64,000 bases of DNA. Origin: a virus (Duplodnaviria > Caudoviricetes). Made by a program: the position numbers and the translations under genes. Below, in pieces: positions 47,733 to 56,421 of the stretch. Each line of letters opens with the position of its first letter. Position 1 is the first letter of the stretch. The stretch is taken from IMG/VR virus record IMGVR_UViG_3300010355_000588. One strand, given 5' to 3'. The notes beneath the pieces were generated by a model that saw only the letters and a list, made by a program, of their open reading frames with translations, was not told the origin of the DNA and ran no database searches.

Positions 47733-48611
47733 TCAGTCTTTCCAATATTTAGCATAGCGTTTTTTGAGCCATTTTTTGAAAGGCTCGTCGTTTAGTTTCA
47801 ATGTATCATAAATTTCAAGCCAGGAGTCCTTATCTAATTTATGGATATGCTCTGGCTCAGAATTCACCATGTTCAATACCTCTTCAGCTGACATGAGCGA
47901 GCACGCCTTGCAGAAATACAGACAAAGCTTGGCATAATTGTAGACATGCTCCCAGCTACTGGTACCTTCTGACAGTCTAAATTCCACCAGCCGTTCGTTC
48001 TCATCTAGACGTTTGTCATAGATAAAATCCTTAAAAGAAATAATCATATTGTGCTCATCTCGCTTTCCCTGAGCTTTGTTATGGTTCCTTCTATTCAGAT
48101 ACCATACTGGAGATTTGTGAGCAGTGGTCAGATATCTTTCGTTGTATGGATATTTTGGTCCAGTCTTCTTATATCGATGAGATGGAAAGCACGCACAAAT
48201 CTTGCGTTCTAGATACACCCAGACTGTCTCGAGCACTAGATTATTGGTAAACCATGGACAATATACTCGAACATGAACGCTGTCCTTGTCGGTGGTCTCC
48301 ACCCTCCTGGCGAAGACGTCCTTTACTAGATTTTCAAATTTATGCATGTCCTCTCTATGAGCAAGCATGAGAATAGGGGTGGCGAATTCTGTCTCAGTAG
48401 ACCCATCGAGCTTGAGATCCCATGAATGTCCATGAGAAGCGCCATAACACTTATCTGCCATATGGTGATGGTGTCTGTCTTCGTTGTGCCAAGATCCTCC
48501 TACAAAATGGTTTTTGAAACGTGGTTCAATATCTTCATAAGGAGTAGAAAATTCCATCTCCACCCCAAACGTGACGTCCTTGATATCTTCTTCGTTTATA
48601 GTAGTTTTCAT
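47733..48611 (-). CDS. Putative amidoligase (COOH-NH2 ligase-like)
   Basis: TFGVEME, DGS..EF.TP, SVHV, VEFR. Confidence 0.72.
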   Translation of the reverse strand: MKTTINEEDIKDVTFGVEMEFSTPYEDIEPRFKNHFVGGSWHNEDRHHHHMADKCYGASHGHSWDLKLDGSTETEFATPILMLAHREDMHKFENLVKDVFARRVETTDKDSVHVRVYCPWFTNNLVLETVWVYLERKICACFPSHRYKKTGPKYPYNERYLTTAHKSPVWYLNRRNHNKAQGKRDEHNMIISFKDFIYDKRLDENERLVEFRLSEGTSSWEHVYNYAKLCLYFCKACSLMSAEEVLNMVNSEPEHIHKLDKDSWLEIYDTLKLNDEPFKKWLKKRYAKYWKD

Positions 48612-48636
48612 AGTGAAAATATTTACAGAAGAAGCT

Positions 48637-48972
48637 TTAGATGGACTGTTCTGACCGCGGCGACTCTCCTTGATGATTCCACTTGTAGATTAAAAAAAGG
48701 ATGGCTTCTTTTTCAGAATATTCGTCGCCCTCCTTCAAATACTTTTCAACATAATCGTCGGTGTCTTGTCTTAGAACGATTCCACAATTCGAGCATCCGA
48801 TCTCAACCATGTTTTGTTCAGTTGATTCTCTCGACAACCCAAAGTATGGATATTCATTGCCACATAATGGACAATCATCGATGTCTGTGCAGTGAAGATC
48901 ATATAGCTCTCTACAAGAATCATGACGGGCCTTTAGATCTGAATATCTCTTGGAATACCATGAATTTGCCAT
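48637..48972 (-). CDS. Lar-like (restriction alleviation) Zn-finger protein
   Basis: CPLCG...CSNCG...KWN. Confidence 0.5.
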   Translation of the reverse strand: MANSWYSKRYSDLKARHDSCRELYDLHCTDIDDCPLCGNEYPYFGLSRESTEQNMVEIGCSNCGIVLRQDTDDYVEKYLKEGDEYSEKEAILFLIYKWNHQGESPRSEQSI

Positions 48973-48981
48973 TAGACACCT

Positions 48982-50043
48982 CTATTCGTTGTGTTTGAGA
49001 AGGTACCTGTTTGAGATCGCCTTGAAACTAAAGTTGCAATCCATGGCCTTGAAGACCAGTCCTTCGATCAGATCGCTGTTGGCATGTGGCGATGGATGAG
49101 TCGAAGCGAAGTCAACGATGTCCTGAATAGAATTGCAGTCAACTACAATATCAGAAATAGGTACAGAAGTAATTGGACGAAAGTCAAAACCAAACGTAAG
49201 CAACGAAAGGAATTCCATACGTTCGATCGGAAGCATCTTGCGGTTGTTGTCGATGTCGAAGACGTCGAAGATGTATAGATGTTGACCCTTCATCTTAGCG
49301 CGGTTTCCGTTGATTCCTTCGCCGACCGCTTCTCCCTGGATAGCCACATTGCGTCCAACTCTCCTAAGACGTTCTTCGAGACCATATTCGCGAGCCAACT
49401 TCCAAAATGTGTTCTTCTCGGTTTCCTTGAGTTCGAGATTTCTGGAGCAGACGCCAAAGTGTCCATCTTTCAGATAGGCTGTCATGGAAGAACCATCCAT
49501 CTTGACGGTCACTTCATATTTGTGGTCCTTGATATTTTCCCAATTGAGATTTTGAACACGTTCCTGGTCAGTCTTCGGAATAAAGTTGGGGAACGTTCCG
49601 AGCACCTCGCCAGCAAGACAAGCAGGAATGGGTGGCTCGAACTTTTCAATTCCAAGCACCCTTGCAACGTCAATGACGTCGCAAGTTCCCGCCTTAGCAA
49701 TTTCTTCGAAGTTCCACTCATCGTCAATATTGAGTTGTTCAGCGAAGATAGCATATGGAAGCAAAAGACCCTGGGAAATTTGTCCGAGGCACTTGCGAGT
49801 CCTGAGGCGATGGTGGGTCTTGTCCGGCTTATCGTCAGGACGACGAAGGAACGCGAATCGAGGATCAGCCAGAGGAAGCATCGAATCGATCTCGAAATAT
49901 ACCCCGACGTCTCCGACTTTGAACTCGTTCTTCTTGACGACACACCACCAAGCACCTCTGACTCGAGCCATCTCGATGTTGTCCGCTCCTTCGATAGGTT
50001 TGATTTCTTGCACGACTTCAATTGTAACGAGGTTGCGTTCCAT
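48982..50043 (-). CDS. RNA ligase, DRB0094/Rnl2-like
   Basis: PIEGADNIE, YFEIDS, KTDQER, KMDGSS, EGLVFK, SFKAIS. Confidence 0.9.
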   Translation of the reverse strand: MERNLVTIEVVQEIKPIEGADNIEMARVRGAWWCVVKKNEFKVGDVGVYFEIDSMLPLADPRFAFLRRPDDKPDKTHHRLRTRKCLGQISQGLLLPYAIFAEQLNIDDEWNFEEIAKAGTCDVIDVARVLGIEKFEPPIPACLAGEVLGTFPNFIPKTDQERVQNLNWENIKDHKYEVTVKMDGSSMTAYLKDGHFGVCSRNLELKETEKNTFWKLAREYGLEERLRRVGRNVAIQGEAVGEGINGNRAKMKGQHLYIFDVFDIDNNRKMLPIERMEFLSLLTFGFDFRPITSVPISDIVVDCNSIQDIVDFASTHPSPHANSDLIEGLVFKAMDCNFSFKAISNRYLLKHNE

Positions 50044-50055
50044 GGTAAATCTCCT

Positions 50056-50484
50056 CTATTTCTTAGCTACTTGTTTCCGATGTCTATTCATGGCGTCTAC
50101 GACCTTGAACCAATATGACGTAGTAGCTTCCTTCTTGTAGCCTTTAGGGCCACCATTCCAGATTCTAGCCAACACCTCATAGGTCAGCGTCTTCTTCTCG
50201 GTACGTTCATAATGCTTTCCATAGTGGCTAAGATATAGCCGACAGATTTCTTTGGCCTTCTCAACGTCAAAAGCATCTTCATGAACAAAAGATGTTCCAT
50301 AGACACGGTTAACGTCGTCAATACAGATCTTGTGAATCTGAAGAGCCCCGAACGCCTTGCCACCATCTCCAATAGCCTTGGGATTGCCTTTGGATTCGAC
50401 GTCGATAAGTGCTTCAATAAAGACATTCGAATGGACATAATGGGTGGCAAGCAAAGAAATAATAGCGATGGTTGTCGTTTTCAT
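50056..50484 (-). CDS. Lysozyme-like (SLT/destabilase-type) muramidase
   Basis: VES, GALQI, ARIWNGGP; N-terminal signal-like segment. Confidence 0.8.
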   Translation of the reverse strand: MKTTTIAIISLLATHYVHSNVFIEALIDVESKGNPKAIGDGGKAFGALQIHKICIDDVNRVYGTSFVHEDAFDVEKAKEICRLYLSHYGKHYERTEKKTLTYEVLARIWNGGPKGYKKEATTSYWFKVVDAMNRHRKQVAKK

Positions 50485-50487
50485 GGA

Positions 50488-50667
50488 TTAGAGAGCCTTG
50501 TTCGTTGCGGTTTCCATGGCTACAGTAACTTTGACATTCAAATTGATGACGATTGGTTCAACCGTATGGGTGGTTTCGATTTTGGCCGCCATACAGCCAA
50601 CCTGAAGCACGGCAAACAGAAAGGCGATGGCGATTTTTATATAGTCAGCGGTTTTCATGTTTTTCAT
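50488..50667 (-). CDS. YnbE-like small lipoprotein (59 aa)
   Basis: Not in ORF track; signal peptide ending VGC then VEPIVINLNVKV; early-cassette RBS. Confidence 0.55.
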   Translation of the reverse strand: MKNMKTADYIKIAIAFLFAVLQVGCMAAKIETTHTVEPIVINLNVKVTVAMETATNKAL

Positions 50668-50701
50668 TTTTCAATCTCCTTTAGTTGTTTCAGTATAGTA
50701 T

Positions 50702-50730
50702 ATGATACAACCGAAAGGAGGTTTTGTCAA
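50702..50730 (-). promoter_or_regulatory. Early promoter
   Basis: TTGACA-17-TATCAT. Confidence 0.8.
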
Positions 50731-50762
50731 CAGGTTATTGAAAAATAATCGAAATATTTTTA

Positions 50763-50793
50763 AAAGAAAAGGCCTTCCCACGTCAGGAAGGCC
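50763..50793 (-). terminator. Intrinsic terminator
   Basis: GGCCTTCC...GGAAGGCC followed by TTTTCTTTT. Confidence 0.7.
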
Positions 50794-50809
50794 CAGGAGA
50801 TTGGCGTTT

Positions 50810-51379
50810 TTAGAACGATGCTTCTTTCAAAGCTTTCTTAAGATTCTTAGTAATACTGGATACATTGTTCTTATGGTAGCTTAGTTGCTTGATGGTGATT
50901 GCCTTCTTCTCAGATGGAAGTTCGTCGTTTTCCATATCTTTCTTGAGCTTTTCAATAAAGCGTAAAGTAGACCACAAGCTACCGACAAAATGATCTATCT
51001 TAAATTTTTCACGATGATATGGACATAATGTGCTAATCCATCCATTGGAGTTGGCGCCGCCTGGTTTACCACATTCTTCACATATTGTCTCAGTCAACTT
51101 GCAAGCTTCTTCAATTAGATCGAAGGTGGCATCACAACCACCCATTGCATAGAATCTAAGGGCTCCGTACTTTTCTTTAACCTGCATAGCTACCACTGGA
51201 GAATCTGGATGAGTGGAGTTATATTGCTCAAGCTTCTTTGAGAGATCGTAGATGATCTTGAACCATCCATTCCCGCACTCGAATCCGAAACACATAAGCG
51301 ATTCGTCCATTGGCAATGACGCGCCACTATATAGAATCGGAAATTCGTTGACAAGTACTGCTTCTAAATGAAGATCCAT
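50810..51379 (-). CDS. Conserved-type phage protein with Zn ribbon
   Basis: GFECGNGW, QVKEKYG.LRFY, CEECG. Confidence 0.65.
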   Translation of the reverse strand: MDLHLEAVLVNEFPILYSGASLPMDESLMCFGFECGNGWFKIIYDLSKKLEQYNSTHPDSPVVAMQVKEKYGALRFYAMGGCDATFDLIEEACKLTETICEECGKPGGANSNGWISTLCPYHREKFKIDHFVGSLWSTLRFIEKLKKDMENDELPSEKKAITIKQLSYHKNNVSSITKNLKKALKEASF

Positions 51380-51380
51380 A

Positions 51381-52616
51381 TCATGCCTCTACTTTTAGTT
51401 TTAGTTGTTCGACAAGCTTCTTCAGGACATTGTCTTCGCCCTTCTTCATGATTGAGATGCTTAGATAATCTCTGAAATCATCGCACCTATTGTCAATATG
51501 ACTGAAAACAAAGTCAGAGAATTCTGAATCTTTATATTTTAGCGCGATTTTTTTCCGAACAGCTCCTTTGTCTTGAGCGTTCTTGAGTTCTTCCTTCAAT
51601 AGTCTGACCTCAGGAAGAATTTCATTGGCATTAGATACCAACATGGAAAATTTAGTGGATATCTGTGCGATGATCGGACGGAGTTCTGGAAAATAGGCAA
51701 GAACCTCGTCGGTCTCTCCCTTCATGACACATCCAAGAATAGACTTCAGACCAGCGCCTAAGGCATCTTCCTTAATATGAGCAAGCCGTAAGTAAGCCGG
51801 ATTTTTGACCTTGACTCGTTTGAACGAAACATCTGCAAGCGGCGAAACACCCTTGGAATATTCTTCCTCCACACAGACAAAGCCCTCGTTAGTAATCTCA
51901 AGATTTTCAGCAATGAAGTTCTTGAGTTCTTCCAGAGAGCCAACAGAATATTGCTTAGGGATCTTGACACCAATCTTGTTGGCAATCTCAAGCAACTTCG
52001 AATATGGCAATTCCATGAAGTTTCTTGCCTTATCTCGAGCTCCGATCAGATATAAGGCAGGCTTAGAATAATACGTCACGATTCTATTATATGGAGAGAC
52101 CAACTCGAAGATGTAGATTAGATTTTTGTCGTATGCTTCACAAGAAAAGTTTTCAACTACTGGTTTAGTGGCGCTAAAAGCCTTTACGAACAACTGGTGG
52201 AAGCTAATATCTTGGTCGCCAATGTTGCCTCTTCCATCGATAGAAGATCTAGTGGACATCCGCCAGGCTTGTAGCTTTTCGTCGTAAAAGAATGACACGA
52301 GCGATCCGTCCACCTTCTCAAGAATTTTAGCTTTCTTGAAGTCGATGGTTTCGTCATTTTCTCCATAATTGAAGAACCGCCGGAAGGACATGGACACGAT
52401 CTCGTAGGTGTCTTTATCCAAGATTAGATTTCTGCATTCTCTAACCATCTCGTTGGTTTTTGGCGACTCGATCTGATCGTAGTTCAAGCAAACTAGAACA
52501 TGACCAGGAACCTCTAAAGTCTGTTCGGAAACTTTTATTCCATATTGTTCCTTCAGCAGTTCAAAACCATTGGGATGGTGGGCCTTCAGAAATTCTTGTG
52601 TTTTCAGCTTCAACAT
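51381..52616 (-). CDS. RNA ligase 1 (T4 RnlA-like)
   Basis: RECR, FFNYGE, EKVDGS, FELVSP.N.IV, EGFV, RVKVK. Confidence 0.88.
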   Translation of the reverse strand: MLKLKTQEFLKAHHPNGFELLKEQYGIKVSEQTLEVPGHVLVCLNYDQIESPKTNEMVRECRNLILDKDTYEIVSMSFRRFFNYGENDETIDFKKAKILEKVDGSLVSFFYDEKLQAWRMSTRSSIDGRGNIGDQDISFHQLFVKAFSATKPVVENFSCEAYDKNLIYIFELVSPYNRIVTYYSKPALYLIGARDKARNFMELPYSKLLEIANKIGVKIPKQYSVGSLEELKNFIAENLEITNEGFVCVEEEYSKGVSPLADVSFKRVKVKNPAYLRLAHIKEDALGAGLKSILGCVMKGETDEVLAYFPELRPIIAQISTKFSMLVSNANEILPEVRLLKEELKNAQDKGAVRKKIALKYKDSEFSDFVFSHIDNRCDDFRDYLSISIMKKGEDNVLKKLVEQLKLKVEA

Positions 52617-52810
52617 GGTTTCCTCATCAGTCCTCTAACGTTGAAAGTAAGCATTACCGAGTTCACGACGACGATGGATGGCACTCCGATCTGAATTCCA
52701 AAGATAATCCACATTAGACAGGCAACGATTCCGAATCCAAAACCAATCCTCTTGCCTTCGCTGATATAATACATCGAGACGAAAAGCAAGAGGGTTGCGA
52801 AGTAATCCAT
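52610..52810 (-). CDS. Small multi-pass membrane protein
   Basis: 66 aa, about 3 TM segments; early cassette. Confidence 0.6.
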   Translation of the reverse strand: MDYFATLLLFVSMYYISEGKRIGFGFGIVACLMWIIFGIQIGVPSIVVVNSVMLTFNVRGLMRKPC

Positions 52811-52843
52811 GTTTCAAAATCTCCTTAGTTATTGGTATAACAT

Positions 52844-52872
52844 ATAGTACAACCAAAAGGAGGATTTGTCAA
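52844..52872 (-). promoter_or_regulatory. Early promoter
   Basis: TTGACA-17-TACTAT. Confidence 0.8.
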
Positions 52873-52902
52873 CAGGCTTATAAAAAATAACGAAACAAAT
52901 TT

Positions 52903-52979
52903 TGGTGGACCCGGCAGGACTTGAACCTGCGACCCGGAGATTATGAGTCACCTGCTCTAACCAACTGAGCTACGGGTCC
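52903..52979 (-). tRNA. tRNA with CAU anticodon, probably Ile2 (lysidine type)
   Basis: GGACCCG/CGGGTCC, loop CTCATAA, GTTCAAG, ACCA; body resembles Ile2 tRNAs. Confidence 0.85.
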
Positions 52980-52985
52980 AAACTT

Positions 52986-53399
52986 TCACTTGCTTGGGAT
53001 AAAGTATTTCGTCGCAAGATTCTTCATGTAAGACTTAGGCAGTTTCCGACTGAGCATCTTCTCCATGGTCTTGCATTCAGATTCGACGTCGATGGTGATA
53101 GGCTCAACCAATGCATCTCCAGAAAGTTCTTGATCTTTGGCATTTTTTTCAGCCAACTTGTTCAGGCTCTGGCGATGTTTGTTGGCCTGATCCCGGACAA
53201 TGGCTTCATATTCTTCCTGGTTGGGCATGATTCTGGCATGTTTGACTTCGTAGCTCTGGATGGCATGTTTGCACAATTGAGAACAGACAAGCGCCTTCTG
53301 CTTCTTAAGACCACCTTTATGCTTGATATAGACATCTGTCGTATAAAGGCCATCTTCTTTTCCACACGTCTGACATTTTTGTTTAGTTGCTTCTTGCAT
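52986..53399 (-). CDS. Hypothetical Zn-finger protein
   Basis: CQTC...CSQLC; AAGGAG RBS. Confidence 0.55.
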   Translation of the reverse strand: MQEATKQKCQTCGKEDGLYTTDVYIKHKGGLKKQKALVCSQLCKHAIQSYEVKHARIMPNQEEYEAIVRDQANKHRQSLNKLAEKNAKDQELSGDALVEPITIDVESECKTMEKMLSRKLPKSYMKNLATKYFIPSK

Positions 53400-53476
53400 T
53401 GTCTGTTTCTCCTTGATTTTGATGAAAGAAATGAAAGGGGCTGACAATGTCAACCCCCATCGAATTGTCTATCTAA

Positions 53477-53695
53477 TTACTTAGACGCGACAGGTGCCTC
53501 CTGGACTGGTTCTTTAGGAACTTCCACCTTTGGAGTATCGGTCGTTGCTTTTTCTTCAACCTTGGCTTCAGGCGCCTTGGCTTCAGGAACAACGGCTTCT
53601 ACCTTGGTGTCTTCCTTGACAGGAACAACCTCTTCTGCAATAGATGCGAACGACATGGCGACTGCGATACAAAAAACGAGCATAAACTTTTTCAT
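53477..53695 (-). CDS. Small secreted low-complexity protein
   Basis: Sec signal peptide then E/K/P/A-rich tail; followed by terminator hairpin near 53435-53458. Confidence 0.6.
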   Translation of the reverse strand: MKKFMLVFCIAVAMSFASIAEEVVPVKEDTKVEAVVPEAKAPEAKVEEKATTDTPKVEVPKEPVQEAPVASK

Positions 53696-53875
53696 TATTC
53701 TTAATCCTTTAACTTATTCTTTTGATTCAAGATACTAAATGCACCGAAAATTCAAATCTAACTAAAGTTTGGTTTTCCGCTACATCATGTGTTCTGCCCT
53801 CTTTCTCGACCACCGCAGCTTCTGGCATACGGTTTCCTGGAAACAATATGACTCAACATTTTCAACATTTTTTGT

Positions 53876-54442
53876 TCAACAACCACTTTCTTCATATTCT
53901 AACCAATTCGTGCCTTGACTTTCTTGTTCGAGTTTATAAGAAACCATCTTATAACGCCACCAAGAGTTTTTTACGATGATCTGATAATGATCTGGACTAA
54001 AATATCTATTGCAGATTTTAGGCATTACTCGATCCACTCGACAACAGAAATTGTAGAAATGGCTTTGAAGCGACTGAGGAATTTCAGAATTGTACGGAGT
54101 AAAACAAAACGCCATCAGACAATCCTCATGCTTTTCTTCAAGTGCTGCATATTTGATAGCTCTATGGGCAGCTACTGCAAATCCAAGTTGCTTGTCGAAT
54201 TTCTCGGTATTCATCGACCAGCCAACGGCGATCTTATATAGCTCGACATCGTCCTTGGTATACTTGTAGACAGGATACGCGACGAACATCCCTTTAAGTT
54301 GGTTAGTTCTTTTATTCCTATGATATTCTCTAACTACATAGCTATCTTGCTGGAGCTGTTGGACTGAATCCATATCCAATGCATAGTTCTTATATTGGAT
54401 TGGAATCCAACCATTTCTTTCTAGATAACTGTCTACCCTCAT
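53876..54442 (-). CDS. Hypothetical protein
   Basis: AAGGAG RBS. Confidence 0.6.
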   Translation of the reverse strand: MRVDSYLERNGWIPIQYKNYALDMDSVQQLQQDSYVVREYHRNKRTNQLKGMFVAYPVYKYTKDDVELYKIAVGWSMNTEKFDKQLGFAVAAHRAIKYAALEEKHEDCLMAFCFTPYNSEIPQSLQSHFYNFCCRVDRVMPKICNRYFSPDHYQIIVKNSWWRYKMVSYKLEQESQGTNWLEYEESGC

Positions 54443-54491
54443 TTGTCTATCTCCTTAGATTGGTCGTTCGAATATTGGTTTCTAATAGTTT

Positions 54492-54780
54492 CAATATGAC
54501 TTAAAGTTGGATCGAAATGGCATTAGATAAAATTTTCGAATATTTTTATCTATTTTCCTCTTTTTGACGAATTTTGAAAAATTGGAAAAACTTTGAGTAA
54601 TAGTGATTAGTATAAGGTTGGACGTTGAATGGAAGTAAGTTGTTTTAAACAGTATTAATAGAATTAAAAGCTATTAATACATATTAATTAAATTAATAGC
54701 TATTAAAACTATTAATAGCCGGCCGGCTACTGCTACCAAAGCTAACCACTGCTAGCTAAAACCACTAGGAAAGCCAATAG
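54492..54780. other. AT-rich origin-like locus B
   Basis: Non-coding; TATTAAT repeats; homologous block to locus A. Confidence 0.45.
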
Positions 54781-54798
54781 ACATTGTCCTCTAAAAAT

Positions 54799-54984
54799 TT
54801 AGTAGCTGGTCGATTTCTTCGCAGCAGTCTTTACGTCGACAATGGAATAATAAGCATTTTGTCCGGCTGCCATTGCCACAACTTTCTTTAACTCATTCTC
54901 ACAAGATGCGCATATCTGTCTGAAGACAGTCTCTCCAGTTGGCTTATATATGACGATATGGAATATGTAGTTTTGCTCAGACAC
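54799..54984 (-). CDS. Hypothetical protein
   Basis: GGAGG RBS plus GTG. Confidence 0.55.
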   Translation of the reverse strand: MSEQNYIFHIVIYKPTGETVFRQICASCENELKKVVAMAAGQNAYYSIVDVKTAAKKSTSY

Positions 54985-55043
54985 GTTTAGCCTCCTAGCC
55001 TAAAAAAGGGAAGATATTTACATCTTCCATTATATATGTTGTC

Positions 55044-55265
55044 TTATTTATTGAAGAACAGACCTTCGCAGATTTCGCACTTGTCTCTGTCTGGACACGC
55101 TGACAGACAATACATCTCCCTCATTATCCATCCAAAGTTAGCTACGAAGTCTCTTAGAGCAGCGTCGTCAGATTCTATGCCTCTAAACCACTTGTGTTCA
55201 GATAGATGCCGTTTCATGACCTCTACCTCTACGGCTATCAGACGCTTTGTTTGAGTGCACTGCAT
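55044..55265 (-). CDS. Small Cys/His-rich protein
   Basis: TATAAATA late-type promoter 5 nt before ATG; terminator-like hairpin near 55003-55029. Confidence 0.55.
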   Translation of the reverse strand: MQCTQTKRLIAVEVEVMKRHLSEHKWFRGIESDDAALRDFVANFGWIMREMYCLSACPDRDKCEICEGLFFNK

Positions 55266-55292
55266 ATGCGTATTTATAGAGGGTCATTTGGA

Positions 55293-55466
55293 TTATTTCG
55301 GTTGATCTATAGAGGCCTTCATTATCTTTATCAGTTCGCTGATTCTCTGTAGATCCATGCATCGGCAACTGGTGATAATGGTCGGGTGAAATTCTCTATC
55401 AGAATCAGAAACTTCAGTAGTTTCCAAGATGCTAATGAATTCTCTGACTGCATCTTCTAGCTTCAT
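55293..55466 (-). CDS. Small phage protein (57 aa)
   Basis: Not in ORF track; MKLEDAVREFISILETTEVSDSDREFHPTIITSCR... Confidence 0.55.
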   Translation of the reverse strand: MKLEDAVREFISILETTEVSDSDREFHPTIITSCRCMDLQRISELIKIMKASIDQPK

Positions 55467-55488
55467 CTTATTCTCTACTTTTTAAGAA

Positions 55489-55559
55489 TGGTGGAGTAGA
55501 TGGGACCTAAACCAATGGCATCAGTTTATAAAGATATTGCGCTAACTAGTTAATTAGCC
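55489..55559 (-). pseudogene. Degenerate tRNA remnant
   Basis: 3' end CTACTCCACCA and T-arm-like segment, no matching 5' acceptor strand. Confidence 0.35.
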
Positions 55560-55721
55560 TTTGTCTTGCTTTTCTTTGTTTATAACACGGTGTTTGCATT
55601 TTGCTCTAGGATTATCTTCTGGACAATCCATGACATTGAATGGACAATCTCCATAATGAATGCACTGGTTCGTTTTGATATTCTTATTAAGAATATTTTT
55701 TACAGTTTCATTGAATTTCAT
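55554..55721 (-). CDS. Small Cys-rich protein (55 aa)
   Basis: Not in ORF track; TATAAATA and AAGGA RBS upstream. Confidence 0.45.
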   Translation of the reverse strand: MKFNETVKNILNKNIKTNQCIHYGDCPFNVMDCPEDNPRAKCKHRVINKEKQDKG

Positions 55722-55762
55722 ATTTATTCCTTCTTTTATCTTTATATTGAATATTTATAACG

Positions 55763-55837
55763 TGGTAGCGGATCTCGGTAATGCTCCGAGTTTTCTTAGG
55801 TATGAGCCAAGTATGATGACTTCACCATCCATCCGCA
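55763..55837 (-). tRNA. Atypical tRNA-Met(CAU), initiator-like
   Basis: GCGGAT/ATCCGC with unpaired 1:72, loop CTCATAC, non-canonical T-loop AGCATTA, CCA. Confidence 0.6.
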
Positions 55838-55845
55838 ATATAGTT

Positions 55846-55919
55846 TGGAGCGTCTAGCCCGATTCGAACGGGCACCCACTCCATGGCAAGGAGTGATACT
55901 ACCATTATACTATAGACGC
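55846..55919 (-). tRNA. tRNA-Gly(GCC)
   Basis: GCGTCTA/TAGACGC, ACTCC-TTGCCAT-GGAGT, GTTCGAA, TCCA. Confidence 0.92.
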
Positions 55920-55926
55920 GATGATT

Positions 55927-56014
55927 TGGTGCGGAGAGGAAGAGTTGCACTTCCGATGTTTCTAAATGTGATGGATTTACAGTCCATTGCCATCGCTGCT
56001 AGGCGTACCTCCGC
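55927..56014 (-). tRNA. tRNA-Tyr(GUA)
   Basis: ATGGA-CTGTAAA-TCCAT, long variable arm, ACCA. Confidence 0.85.
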
Positions 56015-56021
56015 AAAAAAT

Positions 56022-56096
56022 TGGAGCCGATTCTCGGAGTTGCGCCGAGGACCCGCAGTTTACAAAACTGCCGCTCTGCTACTGAGCTAAATCGGC
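56022..56096 (-). tRNA. tRNA-Thr(UGU)
   Basis: GCCGATT/AATCGGC, GCAGT-TTTGTAA-ACTGC, CCA. Confidence 0.88.
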
Positions 56097-56110
56097 AAAT
56101 AAACAAAAGA

Positions 56111-56247
56111 GAATCTAGGAAAGCAATCCACGCCAGGTTATTTTGTCTACTCCGTCGAGAGACCAACCTCCGACCGATGCCTCTTTACAGGCAAGGCCTC
56201 TTTGAAAACTGGATCGCTTGTCGATACGTCTATCTATTCCTAGATTC
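56111..56247 (-). ncRNA. Unassigned structured RNA A
   Basis: 11-bp perfect closing stem GAATCTAGGAA/TTCCTAGATTC; internal hairpins; inside the RNA operon. Confidence 0.5.
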
Positions 56248-56248
56248 A

Positions 56249-56349
56249 GAACGCCATCTGTCACGTTATAGTGAGCCATCCATCATTAGAGATGTGGACC
56301 GCTTAACTGGCGCGCTAGGGCGACTTATAGTCAGCTTGAGACAGCGTTC
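56249..56349 (-). ncRNA. Unassigned structured RNA B
   Basis: GAACGC..CTGTC/GACAG.GCGTTC closing stem with about four internal hairpins. Confidence 0.45.
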
Positions 56350-56421
56350 ACAAAGATCCACCATGTTGAGCATGTCAGCGCCATCTCGGGATAACAGAGG
56401 CTTGGCAGATCGTTTGAAATT

